From the human T2T-CHM13v2.0 reference genome, Homo sapiens: a stretch of 64,000 bases of DNA. A program made the translations under genes and the position numbers. Where the stretch lies: the NCBI RefSeq assembly GCF_009914755.1, contig NC_060947.1; one strand, 5' to 3'. The notes under the pieces are model-generated. The model saw only the letters and a program-made list of their open reading frames with translations. It had not been told where the DNA came from and made no database searches. Position 1 is the stretch's first letter, and every line of letters begins with the position of its first letter. Below, piece after piece: positions 27,726 through 40,926 of this stretch.

Positions 27726-28454
27726 GTTGTTGTTTTACATTTCTAATTATACTATATATTTTTATCCTTTTTGACCTAACATTACAACATAAGCATTTTC
27801 TAACATTAATTACCATGTTTTCATTTTTTTAAAATGATTAGATAAGTTTATCAAGTAGATTTACGTTAATATATTTAACTACCTGTTTCTGGAAACTTGA
27901 ATACTTTCCAACTTCCTCTTATTTTGATCTGTTAATGTTGTGTTGGGCCCCGTACATTAGCAATTGATCCAAGATTCATTCATTGGAATGTGAGTGCCAG
28001 CTGTGACATTAGGGCAATGCCAGCCCTCCTGCCAGCCTGTATTTCTCCTTCTCTGTCAGAGTTTAGTGCTTGGCTAGAATTCTGCCCATGAAACACTTGG
28101 CATGTAGTGGCTAACCTTGTCAAGGGGAAACTAGGGATCAAAAGTGACCCCTGTGACCAGCTGTCAGATGCCGGATGTCTAGTGTCCTGATATCTTCCTG
28201 ATCTGATCAGTATCACACCCAGAATACTATTCCTCCATTTGGCACTGTAATCTGATGCCCTCAGGCTGCAGCCAGAAGCACACAGCAATTAGGAAACCTG
28301 TAAAAATCTAGTCCCCACTTGGGGAAGTAAGCAGGAGGCTTCCAGGAGCATTCACAGGAAGGGAAGTTGAACATTCCACTCTCCCCAATGTGAAAAGTGA
28401 TGGGACAACACACAGCAAACCTGGAGGGAACATAAGTTTTCACGGCCAGATCTT

Positions 28455-28572
28455 TTTTTTTTTTTTTTAAATTATTATACTTTAAGTTTTAGGGTACATG
28501 TGCACAATGTGCAGGTTAGTTACATATGTATATATGTGCCACGCTGGTGTGCTGCACCCATTAACTCCTCAT
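28455..28572 (-). mobile_element. Heavily 5'-truncated L1PA3-like insertion (about 118 bp)
   Basis: T tract plus ttattatactttaagttttagggtacatgtgcacaatgtgcaggttagttac; TSD acggccagatctt/agggccatatctt; TCTT/AA target. Confidence 0.93.
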
Positions 28573-28599
28573 AGGGCCATATCTTAAACCTGATAATGA

Positions 28600-28830
28600 C
28601 CGCTGTTAAGGATGAAATGTTAATAACTACAGGTAACACTGAGCATTTACATGCTGTTTATATGCACAATCACATTCTATTATCCATCCTCATTTGGCAG
28701 ATACAGAAACTGAGGCTCTCCTGCTATGTAACCTGCCCAAGGTCACACAGCTCTCTGCAACCCCATCCTCCCACTCCCTAAAAAGGTGACATAGGCAGGA
28801 CTCAACTCCATTCTTTTCCCGTGCCAAAGT
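28600..28830 (-). mobile_element. MIR
   Basis: tatccatcctcatttggcagatacagaaactgaggctc...acctgcccaaggtcacacagct. Confidence 0.75.
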
Positions 28831-28894
28831 TCAAGCCCTCTCATTCATTTAAATGCCATCCACCTGCTATAAAAGAAGAGGAACGAGGCAATAT

Positions 28895-29100
28895 CATGTG
28901 TTTATTAGAACACTTACTATGCACCAAGCCCTGGGTAAAATACTTCCTCACATATAAGCACTCAATACATGTGTGAGTTAAAGGCATGCCCATTTTACAG
29001 TTAAACAAACTGAGGCTTTGAGAGGTTAAATGATCTGTTTGACCTCTCAGAGCTTAACGGATGGCCCAGCTGTGATGAAATCTCTGATTCCAACTAAAAG
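28895..29100 (-). mobile_element. MIR
   Basis: cccattttacagttaaacaaactgaggctttgagaggttaaatga. Confidence 0.75.
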
Positions 29101-30264
29101 AGCTTATTGTTATTCCGCGGCTTAAAGAAAAATGCCTCTGCTTTAGGTCATTCATACAGTCAAGGTCCTGTGGCAACATCATTATTTGAAGACCCAAGGC
29201 TCAGGAAATTGCACTTTGGCCAAGTTAAAGAAAAGCAGGCTAAACTCATCTCAGGGGGCAATGAGTTCTGAATACTTCATTTCCAAGTGTAAGATAAACT
29301 CAATGAAAAAGATATAATTTTCTTCGTAATTTGAGAATTGCACATCACACATAAATGTGCACTTTGTCAAAGCTTTGCAGTTCACCTTTACGCTTTACAG
29401 CCCTCTTGGGAAGCAGAAAAATATGACAATTATGCAAATAGCAGTGTTGAGCCAATTACATGGAAAAGTGGTTGTACTGAAAGGCAAAAAGGGTTTGGCA
29501 AAACTTAAGCTTCCCTTCTTAACAATGAAGAGTTTAAATTCAAATACATTTTTGGCAAACATGAGGGCATAGGTGGCTCTCGCTTTCTCCCTAAGTGTTA
29601 TTAGTGCCAGAGGGCTCCTAGTCCTTTGTTTTCAGCTTTTAATAACCCAAGTGCTTTCTAATGGTATTTTAAGTGAGTTGCTAAAATGTTCAGAATTCAT
29701 TTCTCCATATTGAGCTTCACAGAGATGATTCTCAGCAAGCAAATAAAAATAAGCATTTAAAAAGATTTCTTCTCTCATCAAATGGTGAAGAAATCCATTC
29801 CTTTTAGCCTGTTCCATGCTTGAAAAGGTTAGTGTGGCCTTTGGAAAATACCAGGCTGTGCATTCCATACACTGTTAATGATTCCTGGGATGCGCTGACA
29901 CTTTTGAGGACATCTTAACCTTTTTAAAATGGGGCCTCCATTGTCTTACCTTAATAAGCAGTTTGCTCACCTTATGTCTTACAAAGGCCACCATGGTGGA
30001 AAATACATATGAGATGAAAAGCTGCACAGATGAGTGATATAACAGAAGGAGGAGGACGGAGCACCAATTACATAAAACACAACCTGCAGAGCACCTCCCC
30101 CACCTGTCTCTGACCCCAACCCAGTAAAGGCAGTAATGACAGCGGCTCTCTTAAACAGTACCCGATGATTACTTCTCCTCTCAGTATCTTCCTGGACGTC
30201 CTTCTCCAAATTGTAGCTGTATGAAGGTAACTCAAATACACATTTATGTATCTCCTTGTAGTCA

Positions 30265-30639
<375 letters not shown>

Positions 30640-30869
30640 TTACTTTCCTGTTTCGATGCCTCACATATTCTGGGGGCAAGAGCTCTGAGCTGTCTGGAGT
30701 ACCCTTTCGAATTCTTGAGCCTATTAATCCCTCATAAATCTCTACACATTTTTTAGGCTCTTCAAGTGAAGCAGTGGACCACACATTTTTTAGCACAGCT
30801 CCAGAGTCCCCTATGTGGAGTTAGCTGGCCCCTCTTCCAGATGCCCATAGTACTTTCTTCCCCCAGCAG

Positions 30870-30990
30870 TTTAAAACTTTTATTGAGCATCTGCTATGTG
30901 CAACACTTTGTGCTGGGTTCTTGGGTTACAGATGTGGCATCACATAGTCCTCGCCTTCAAGGAGCTCAAGACCAAGTGGGCTGCACTTCT
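30870..30990 (-). mobile_element. L2 3' fragment
   Basis: tttattgagcatctgctatgtgcaacactttgtgctggg...tcctcgccttcaaggagctc. Confidence 0.75.
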
Positions 30991-32024
30991 GTGGGGTTTC
31001 TGTAAAGTTAAAATAGTTAATATGAGACCTTTTTCATGTGTAATTTACAATCTATCCGTAAACATGAGGGAGTCTCAAGGGTACTGGCAACAGGGCACCT
31101 TAAGGTTGCTAGGGCAGGGGGCCCCTGTGCCCACAAATGGGAAGGCTGGAAGGCCATTATGAAGATGGAAAAGGCCATTTTGGAGCATTCTTGGACTCTC
31201 TGCATCCCATGTAGAGGAGGTGCTGCTGTGAGAAGCAACAGCTCTCCTCTCCTCTCATAGTCCTTTGCACACACTTCAACACAGGTTCAACATATCTCAT
31301 AGAAGTGTCCACTCTCATATCTGCCCTGGCCAATGGCCAGTAAATTGCTTGAAGGAAGCAGCTGGACTTATCTGTATCCCAGATCCTTTTTCTTTTCTGT
31401 ATCCTCTTTAACAACTAGCATACTACATGGCAGATTCTAAGCCTTTCCTATTGCTTCCAGATGAACAAATAAATAAAGGCAAGTGAGTTTAGGTTGGTTA
31501 GTGGCAGGCCTTGATTATAAGGTCAAGGAATTTGAACATAGTTGGACATAATTTTTCATGAGAGGAGTCAGAATAAATAAAGCCTCTAACAGGGAATGTA
31601 TATTCATTTGTGTGTCCTATAGAATTAAAAATTCTAGCTTCCACAGTGTAAAACAAGATATTAAGAACTCCTTTGAACAATCTGTTTGTGGGAAATGAGG
31701 AGTCATTTAGGATTCATCAGAGCAAAGAGGTTTACTTGAGCCGTGAGGTGGAGAGAAATGGCATTATAAATCCATTTTAAAAAGAAAAGCCAAAAACGCC
31801 TAGAAAGCATTTTGCAGTACAAGAGAAAAGCAATTTACTTGTTACTGCTTCAATTTCTTAAATCATCTGGCTTCATAGATCAACACTAACTCTCTTTAAA
31901 TCTACCAAATGAAATTCCATCCAATGACTCATTACCCAGGGCAAGCCACAAATTGTGATTTGTGATTCCAGTAGTTCCTCCAGGAAATGTGGGAAAAATG
32001 ATTGTCCAGGAAAACAGTATAGCC

Positions 32025-32052
<28 letters not shown>
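32025..32052. repeat. (GT)14 microsatellite
   Basis: Direct reading. Confidence 0.98.
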
Positions 32053-32056
<4 letters not shown>

Positions 32057-33474
32057 AGACGCCATTCACGTGCCTGAGTCTGCTCCATGATGTCCAGATT
32101 GGGAAGACTAATCATAAATGGCCTTGTGACTTCCTAGACAGGTGTTTCTGACTGAATGCTGGCCCCACTGGCCACAGTTTGCAGTGAAACTAGCAGAATG
32201 CAGAAAGCCTGGCTTCACTCTGATTGAGTTCAGGCAGTGTCACTAAATCTCTACCTCAAACAGGAACCCTGTGTGGCAGGTTCCTGTGAAACAGTCCTTA
32301 TTGTTTCCCTCCATTAGCACTTCTTCCATATCCAGGCAAGCCATTCTTTACAGAGTAGAATTTGGGAAAAGAAAACCCCGAAACTCAGATCTAATCTCTC
32401 ATTCAAATTGTTCCGCACACTTCTAGAACTATGACTGCAGGTGCCCAAGGAGAGTTCAGAGAGTTCTCAGCTTGACCCTGTTTCTCAGAATCATCCTTTC
32501 ATCTCACAACCATTTTTTGTTTGCTGTACTCTGTGCATTATTTGATCCAGCCCCATCTTGTAAGGAGTCATTGCTTAATCAATGGCTTTGTTGTGAACAA
32601 TTAACATGAGACGCAAATAGCCATAATAAATACATATTTTTTTCTCCTCACAAAAGCACAGGTTTCTTTATGGCACAGGCATAGTTGCCATCATCAAGTG
32701 GTTATTTAGTCTGATGCAGCATGTTTTACAGCAATTATGTTTTTATGGCTGTATTCCTTCAGACTTACATAGAAACGTCATTTTAATTATCATAAATTCT
32801 TTAACCATCTGACTCTTCTGTGAACACAAGCTCTCCCCGCCCACCCACTTCACCAGATCCTGGCAGGCCTACAGCAAAGCTTTACAACACACTATTTCCC
32901 TTCTTGCTCGTGAAACATATCTGCCCTGCCCTCTCCACCCTTTTACTGCCAGAGAGTCATCAGTTCTGTCCGGAAAGATGTCACTCATCAGATGAGATCC
33001 CAGGAACCATCCGCTGGTTGCCCTGTATCTGAAAGCAAGTAGGTCATTAGCAAAGAAGTATCTCAGTTCCACTATCTAGCACCAGACGGTGATTACAGTG
33101 AAGGGAGCTATGAGATCTCCAAATGATAGGCCTGGATTAAAGGGATGGTCTAAGGAGGCTTTGGCTCCTAAGACCCAGAATTATAAATTATAGTATCTGA
33201 ATTGAAATTAAACTCTACTTGGCAACACCGAATTTAGTATTTTATCATTTTAACTTGGACTTGATTTTTTTCTCACTAAAAAAGGACTTACACAGAAATT
33301 CCAAAAGGACATATATTACTTCCAAATGAATGCAAGAAGGTTTTATTTTTTGCTGAATCACACTTGACTATAGAAAAAGTGGTTCTGGATTTCAATATCG
33401 TGAGCTGAAAAATTCAGTTGTAAATGACAAGTCAAGTGTGAGGAACATACCACCTGCCGTCACTATTTTTTTTT

Positions 33475-33957
33475 AAAAAAACACCCCAATTAAAAAGCGG
33501 GCAAAAGACATGAATAGTCATTTTTCAAGAAGACATACAAATGACCAACAAGCATATAATAAAATGCTCAAAATCATTACTCATCAGAGAAATGCAAATT
33601 AAAACCACAATGAGATACCATCTTACACCAGTCAGAATGGTTATTATTAAAAAGTCGGAAAAAAAAAAAACAGATGTTGGCAAGAATGCAGAGAAAAGAG
33701 AAAGCTTATACACTGTTGGTGGGAATGCAAGTTAGTACAACCTCTATGGAAAACAGTATGAAGATTCCTCAAAAAAAAAAAAAAATAGAACCACCATTTG
33801 ATCCAGCAATCCTACTACTGTGATTTACCCAAAGGAAAAGAAATCATTATATCAAAAAGACATCTGCACTCATGTTAATCACAACACTATTCACAATAGC
33901 AAAGACACGGAATCGATCTAAGTGCCCATCAACGGATGACTGCATACAGAAAATGTA

Positions 33958-34016
<59 letters not shown>

Positions 34017-34400
34017 TGTATGTATATACACACACACACCGTGGCATACTATGCAACCATAAAAAAGAAGGAAATTATGTCTTCTGCAGCAACATGGATG
34101 TAACTGACGGCCATTATCTTATGTCAAACAACTCAGAAACAGTCAAATACCTAGCGTTGTCACTTATAAGTGGGCACTAAATAATGTGCACACATGCACA
34201 TAGAGTGTGGAATAATAAACACTGGAACCTCGGAAGGGTGGGAGTGTGGGAAGGGGTTGAGGGATGAGAAATTACTTAATAGATACAGTGTACATCATTC
34301 CAATGATGATTACACTAAAAGCCTAAACTCCATCACTAGGCAATATATCCATGTAACAAAACTGCACTTGTAAACCTTAAATTTATACACATAAAAAAAA
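33475..34400 (+). mobile_element. L1PB3/4-like 3' end
   Basis: ORF2 C-terminal remnant ([19 protein letters not shown]); 3'UTR ccatgtaacaaaactgcacttgta plus A tail. Confidence 0.92.
33958..34015. repeat. gtgtgtg-(TA)22-cacacac, 58-bp perfect palindrome
   Basis: Direct reading. Confidence 0.95.
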
Positions 34401-34526
34401 GTTACCTATGAGGATCAACAATTGTTCAAGATGATAAGGATCTGCAACCAGAAGAGGAGGGTAAAAAACAGCTTCCCATGGAAGTGGGAAGATGCAAATG
34501 AGTATCCTCTTCAAATTAGAACCTCT

Positions 34527-34824
34527 GGCCGGGCACGGTGGTTCATGTCTGTGATCCCAACACTTTGGGAGGCCGAGACACGTAAATCACTTGAGGTTAG
34601 GAGTTCAAAACCAGCCTGGCCAACATGGTGAAACCCCATCTCTACTAAAAATACAAAAATTAGCCAGGCATGGTGGTGCACGCCTGTAATCTCAGCTACT
34701 CGGGAAGCTGAGCAGGAGAATCACTTGAACCCAGCAGGCAGAGTTTGCAGTGAGCTGAGATTTTGCCACTGCACTCCAGCCTGAGCAACAGAGTGAGACT
34801 CTGTCTCAAAAAAAAATAATAAAT
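34527..34824 (+). mobile_element. AluSx/Sz-like
   Basis: Full dimer; TSD aaattaga(a/g)cctct at 34513-34526 and 34825-34838. Confidence 0.96.
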
Positions 34825-35069
34825 AAATTAGAGCCTCTGCAGAAGTAGTAAGAGCAGCTGAAGAGCTGTGAACTGGGTCAACCACTTGGCTCTTGACTAT
34901 GAAACAAGTATCTTTAGTTCTAATTTGATATTATACCCACAAAGATCCAGTTAATTTAACAATTGAATTTAGTTGCATGAGGTAGAGGGGAGACTCAGAA
35001 TCATGAGATCAATAATGCAGGTTCCCAAAGTCAATCAAGCCCAAATATTTTGGAATGAGGCAAGCGTTG

Positions 35070-35180
35070 GGTTTCCCTCCTCCCCACTCTCCCTTTCTCT
35101 TTCCCTTTGTCACTCCCTCCTCCTCCTCTTCCCCTTCCTCTTCATCCTCCCTCTCTCTCCCTCCCTCCCTTTCTCTCTAA
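35070..35180. repeat. CT-rich low-complexity tract
   Basis: Almost pure pyrimidines. Confidence 0.85.
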
Positions 35181-38100
35181 GTACCTAACACATGTTATTA
35201 ATATTATTGGGATTTTAAAAGCCTGTATATTGCAAGAATGTTTTAAGGATTAAATGGAATTGGGTGTGTGAAAATGCCTAGTACAGTGCCTGATACATTT
35301 TGGAAGCTCATAAAATATTAATTTCACTCTATTTCTCCTTTCCTTCCCCTTTTTTTCTTCTTCCTACTTTGCCCTTCCTACAGCCATTGTGTCCTTATCT
35401 GGCCATGACTAAGAATTGAAGTCAATTCTAATATATGTGCAGGTACAAAAATGCATAAACATTAGCACTTATTCTTAAATCATTCTGTATGCTGCCTGTT
35501 CTTAATGATAAAAGCGGTTATGTTGAACATTTTCTATTTCCCTCTCATATATAATGCATACCATGTTTGTGTTTTATTAACTTCACAGGGGTGGTTCATA
35601 AAAATCGCAAAGCAATTTTAAAACTGGAGTGGGCCAGTGGAAAGCAGTAGGCTTACAGAGCTTAATTCTTTTTCAAGTGCAACAAAGTTGTTCTTAAATT
35701 CTAGTTACAAGTGGTGAGAAAGCCCTAACAGAGGAAATGAAATCACATGATCTCATACAATCACCCAATTTCATACTTTGAAGGAAATTCAGTCTCTCAA
35801 TTATTTCTATGAGAAATAATGAGCTAGTACTCTTACGTAGAACTATGGGAGAAACTTGAGACTTACCAACTTTAGAAGAGCTCCAAAGATTTATTGTTCA
35901 TTTTTCCAAAGGTCTCCAATGAGACTGCTTTTCTTATCTGGAGGTTTTTCCCCCCAAAATCAAGAAAATATCTATAATCAGTATACATATTGCTTAGTTG
36001 CTGCATCCTTGGTCCTTCATATACTCCACAAATACTCTTCTAGTACCTCCTCTGTAGAAGACCCTTGGCATCTTGTGAATCTCCCTACTGGGTATCAAAC
36101 TGGGCAACAGAAGTACCGCTCACCTTTCTGTAAAGAAAATCGACAGGCATGATACTCTTTATGAAGCTCAGGGTAGGGAGGCATTGCTGAAAATGAAGCT
36201 TATTATGGGAATTAAATGAGGAGCCTTCTTGCCAGCAATAGGGCTCCCAATAGAATTAAGAGCAAACCAAAAGGGTGCTGGCAGCAGCAGTCAGTTTGGT
36301 GAGCTACCATATAAAATGGGGAGGCCCTACTGTGACAGTTCTCAAAAGTACACTTCAGTTGAACTTGATACCCAAATAGCCAGTTAAAAGGTGAAAAAAG
36401 CAAGCAACCAAGCATCATGTTTTATAAAGACAAAACTCCAGCTTTGCTGATTTGTTTTTACAAAGAGTAGTATTTTTTTACAACAAAATTAGTCAATTAT
36501 TTTTATAATCTATAGGCCCGTCATACTAGGTTAAACATTTTCTCTGTTTTCATAGAAATAGGTTAGTGAAACTGATGGACACAGCTAACATGCCCATCAG
36601 GTGAAGATCAAAGGAAAGATGAAGGGTTGTATCTTTTAAAGTTTAAGAAGATTGAAGATGAAAGACGTTGGGTTAAGGAGGAAACTGGCAATGAAGACAT
36701 GATATCAAACGCAAATGATTAAAGGTTAGAAAAAATCCAACCCATTGAATTTAGAGGTTTTGCCTACATAACAGGAGGGGAAGCACTTGAGATAATTCGG
36801 TCACTACATCAGCTAGTTCTGACTGAATAGATCAAATCACCCTACCACTTTCCAGCAGCCACAGTGGGCTTTGAGTCCATTCCACACACAGCCACAAACA
36901 ACAGCTCAGGCTGGCGAATGCTCCCTGACAAGGTTTTCCACCTCTCTGTGGGAACTGTATCTGCTCAATTTTGGTTTCGTTGCAATTATACACAGCCTAA
37001 TTTCAGCACATTCATTTTTCACACAGCAGTTTCATTTATTTATTTATTTTCATGTTCAGCGGATTGGTCCCTAATCACCAAACAGCTTGTGCGCAAGTAC
37101 CCCTAAATATGTTAACTCGAACTCATAATGCAAGCGCATTGTGCTGCTGTAATCACTTTTCATTACCACCCCTAATTAAATGTTTTGCTAAACTATCAGG
37201 AAAATATTTTCCTTTTGATTCCCAGAAAATCCCGAGAGAGAAAGACAGAGAGAAACAGTGCTTCCAGGCTGGCCTGTTCTCTTCCTCCCCTCCCCCTGCC
37301 CTGAATAGACAGATCTGTGGATGAAGGCAGGGGCCTTTCCAGATTACCACACACAGTAGAATACTCTCACTGGTCATCAGTGCATCCGACAGAAGCAGCC
37401 TCTGAAGGAGATAGATCCTGGTGACTCTATTCCCATATGAGGGGCCTGCCATGCCTGGGATGTTTAAGCCAGCCCAGTCTTTATCCACAATTCATTATAG
37501 ACTTGGAACCAGAGGGGGATCTCTAGCTCCACTACAAGTATCTGGATAAATGGCTACTGATTTAACAGCAAGGAATTTATAAGAAAATGATGTTGAGAAA
37601 CCATTCTATTTCTCCAAGGAGCAGAGCCACCACACATTTACACAAGGATGTTCTTGCTTGTTTACACATACAACACAGTATGCTTCTAGGTGCAGTTGCA
37701 TTCCAGGCAGCCCCGAGTGGCAGTCTCCCATTTTGGCATCTGTTGGCAGGAGGTTATCTCCACCTCCTACTTGGCTCACACTATCTTCCTCATCTTATAA
37801 ATAGCAAGTGACCACTTTCTGCTGCAAATAAATTCTTCATAAGTATTATATCCGTTAAAAGTTCTCAATGCTACCTGAACTAATCATGTTTACTATTTCA
37901 TTTCCAGAATGTCCAAATAAAAAATGCTGAAAATTCCTTCAAAAACAAATAATTGATCATGAATTAAATAAACCACTTATGTATTTTCATGTGTGAACAT
38001 TGTTAAGTATTATACCACTTACATGGGTTTTGGTGTTCATTCTGAAAGCATCAAGATGTCCTTAATATTTTGCAAAGCAACAAGAATAATAAAGTTAAAT

Positions 38101-38285
38101 GACGTGTGTGTGTTTTTTTAAATTCATAAAGGGAAACTTACTCATCTACATACATGTGCATAACAGTCCTGATTTGGGCATCAATGTGATGCCTTTTTTA
38201 AATATAAAAAAGTGGGTATAAATAGATTCACATGCCAAACCTCCAAACGCAGCTTGGAGGAGGCTTTAGCAATCAACAGTTCATT

Positions 38286-38296
38286 ATGAGTCAGCA
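38286..38296 (+). promoter_or_regulatory. NF-E2/NRF2-sMAF (ARE) consensus match
   Basis: ATGAGTCAGCA; motif only, no occupancy evidence. Confidence 0.3.
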
Positions 38297-38619
38297 GTGT
38301 GAGGCACTATCACAGAAACTAGTTAATTGGGCATTACTAGAAATATATTACCTAGAACGAGGGGATTGTAGATGATAGCATTCTGATTTGTGCTGGTCAG
38401 AACACTCCCGAAATGCGATCTTCAATTCTAGCTGCCATGACTTTATGAGGGACAAAGACAAAACAGACAAAACAACCAACACAGGGAAGAGTCTGTAAAG
38501 CACAAATACATGAGAAAAGTTTGGAAAGGCTCTTTTCCCTGGGGAAGTCGCCTTAAGGAAGGCATACAAATTGTGTCCTTATATTCAAAGGACCATAGAA
38601 GAGGGGTGGAACTTACTTT

Positions 38620-39050
38620 CAGTTACTTTAGGGAGCAGAGAACAAACAAATAAAATGAAGTTGGGGAAAGTTACATAGAGATAAATTTCCACTCAATGTG
38701 GGGAATAATTTCACAACAATTCCAGCTGTGCTGCCTCATGAAATCCTACATTCGCTTTTATAGGAAGGTTTACATGAGATCTGTCAGCAATTGTTTATCA
38801 GAATCCCTGTGAAGAGTTCACACATCTTCTAGAGAGGTGGCTTTTAACTTTTTGGGGGAGTGGGGATGAAGGAGGTTTCCTGGACTCATCCTATAGAAAA
38901 TAATGAAAGCGTGGAATCTCTTCTCAAGAAAAATGCATAGACACATAGCCTTTTCAGGGAAGCCACTGACTAACCCAGATGAAGAACCATTGAGCTAGAG
39001 GGCTGAAATAGAGAGGCTCCAATGTCTCTTCCATCCTGGATAGCCATGAT
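38620..39050 (+). mobile_element. L3/CR1-like relic with a MER103C-like insert (about 38835-38992)
   Basis: aaagttacatagagataaatttccactcaatg...gctgcctcatg; insert flanked by tctagag/gctagag. Confidence 0.5.
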
Positions 39051-40604
39051 CCTCCTGTATTCTAAGTCTTGATCTACAGGTACAAATAATAACATTTCTG
39101 ATCTTACAGGGTATTTAAGTTGTGAACTCAAGATCTGGAACTAAATTTAATAAAGGTTCTGCCTGGATGAGCTAATTTTTCCCTTCTCATCTTCCTCTCA
39201 TTTCTCTTAGCATCACTACTGTCTCTCCCTTCAGCTCCACTTCCAAATGGGGTGCTCTACCAGGGCAGCCATCAGCAGAATGAGCTCTCCAGCTAATCCA
39301 CTGACTTCCAGCAGACCACTCTTTACTTTTCTGGCCCCCTCCCAACACCACAGGGACTCCTATAAGTGGAATCAACACCCACGGACCTGATGCTGATGGA
39401 GCATAAACAAGCTCTTGACAATATCAGTGAAATTACAGAGCCATATTTTTAGGTCAAGTCTCCATCACTGAATAATCTAATCCTAAGGATAAAAATTATA
39501 TAGATAAAGAAATCTCAAGGCTATTCTCTCGATTAAAGTCAGTTTAGTTCCATTCAATCAGCATTTCAGAGGCATCTACTATGCTGAGCACCATACGTCG
39601 TGCTAGATGAATAAAGTTTCCAACTTTATTCATCACTGGAAAACTGGAGTTTTCCAGTGTTGGTATCCTAAATGAACTATTAAAATAGAATATTCTGGGT
39701 GCTGTGATAGAGTCTCTCTAGGGTTAAAACTCAAAGTTCTGGAGAAAATATAAATTTTAAATATATATGTGTAGTTATAATATCTAATTATTATATATTA
39801 ACAATTAATAATTATAATTATTAATATATACATTATACATATTGTGTATTTCATCGAGAGAGAGATTGATTCAGAGGATCAGTCTCAATCACTGATTAAT
39901 CTAATCCTAAGAATAAAAATTACATAGATAAATATCAGGGGATATTCTCTCAATGTCAATGTCAATTTAGTTCAATTATATGTGAATGTGTGTTGCATGT
40001 GTGTATATATAATATAAGCAGCTGAAATGTAAAGCTTAGCTTTCTAACATCTCTATGTATGATGAGAGACACAATCAGCCATAATTCAAAAGGGAAGAAC
40101 ATAATTTAGCATCAGTTTAATTGCAACAAAATTGAGGTAGAAGCTCTCTAAATTAAATATATACAAAAAGCTTTGGGAAAGGTCTCCACATTTATTACCT
40201 GGCACATAGGAGGTATAAAAGAATTCTACTGAAAGAATGTAAATAACTGAACAACTCTTAGAGTTAATCAGGAAGCAATTCTCAAAATCCCTATGAACAT
40301 TAGAAGTTACCTTACAACTCTAGGTTGAGAGGCTATTAGTTGTGCACATAAAAAATCCAGAAATCCCATCCGGCAACTTGAGCTTCTTAAAGTATTTCTT
40401 CCAGCTCCCAGACCATGACAGTATATATAGAAATAGATGCCTTATTTAGCAGTCTCAAAAGCCCTCGGTGCCTTCCTTGAGTCCACACTCAGACACCAAA
40501 AGACTCCCATCAAATACGTTATTCATAAGAAGTTTATTTTCTCAGCCCCTAACAGAATAAAAGTCACAAAATGAAGGGTCTTTTACACAAATTAAGCTCT
40601 AGAC

Positions 40605-40926
40605 CAGGGATTGGCATGCTTTTCCTGTAAAAGGCCAGAAAATAAATATTTTAGGCTTTGTGGGCCATAAGGTCTCTGTTGCAACTACTCTAGTTTTGTT
40701 TCAAGAAAGCAGCATAAATAACACATAAATAAGTGTGGTTGCGTTCTGATGACCCCGCCATAAGGACAATGAAATGTGAATTTCATATAATTTCATACAA
40801 CTTTCACATGTCACAAAATCTTCTTTTGACTGTTTCCTACCATTTAACCAGGTAAAAACCATTCTTAGTTTGTGTGCCACAGAAACACAGCAGGCAAGGT
40901 AGAATGGCTGTAGCTTTTGGCCTCTG
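40605..40926 (+). mobile_element. MER58B
   Basis: cagggattggca...ctgtaaaaggccagaaaataaatattttaggctttgtgggccata...gaatttcatataattt. Confidence 0.85.
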
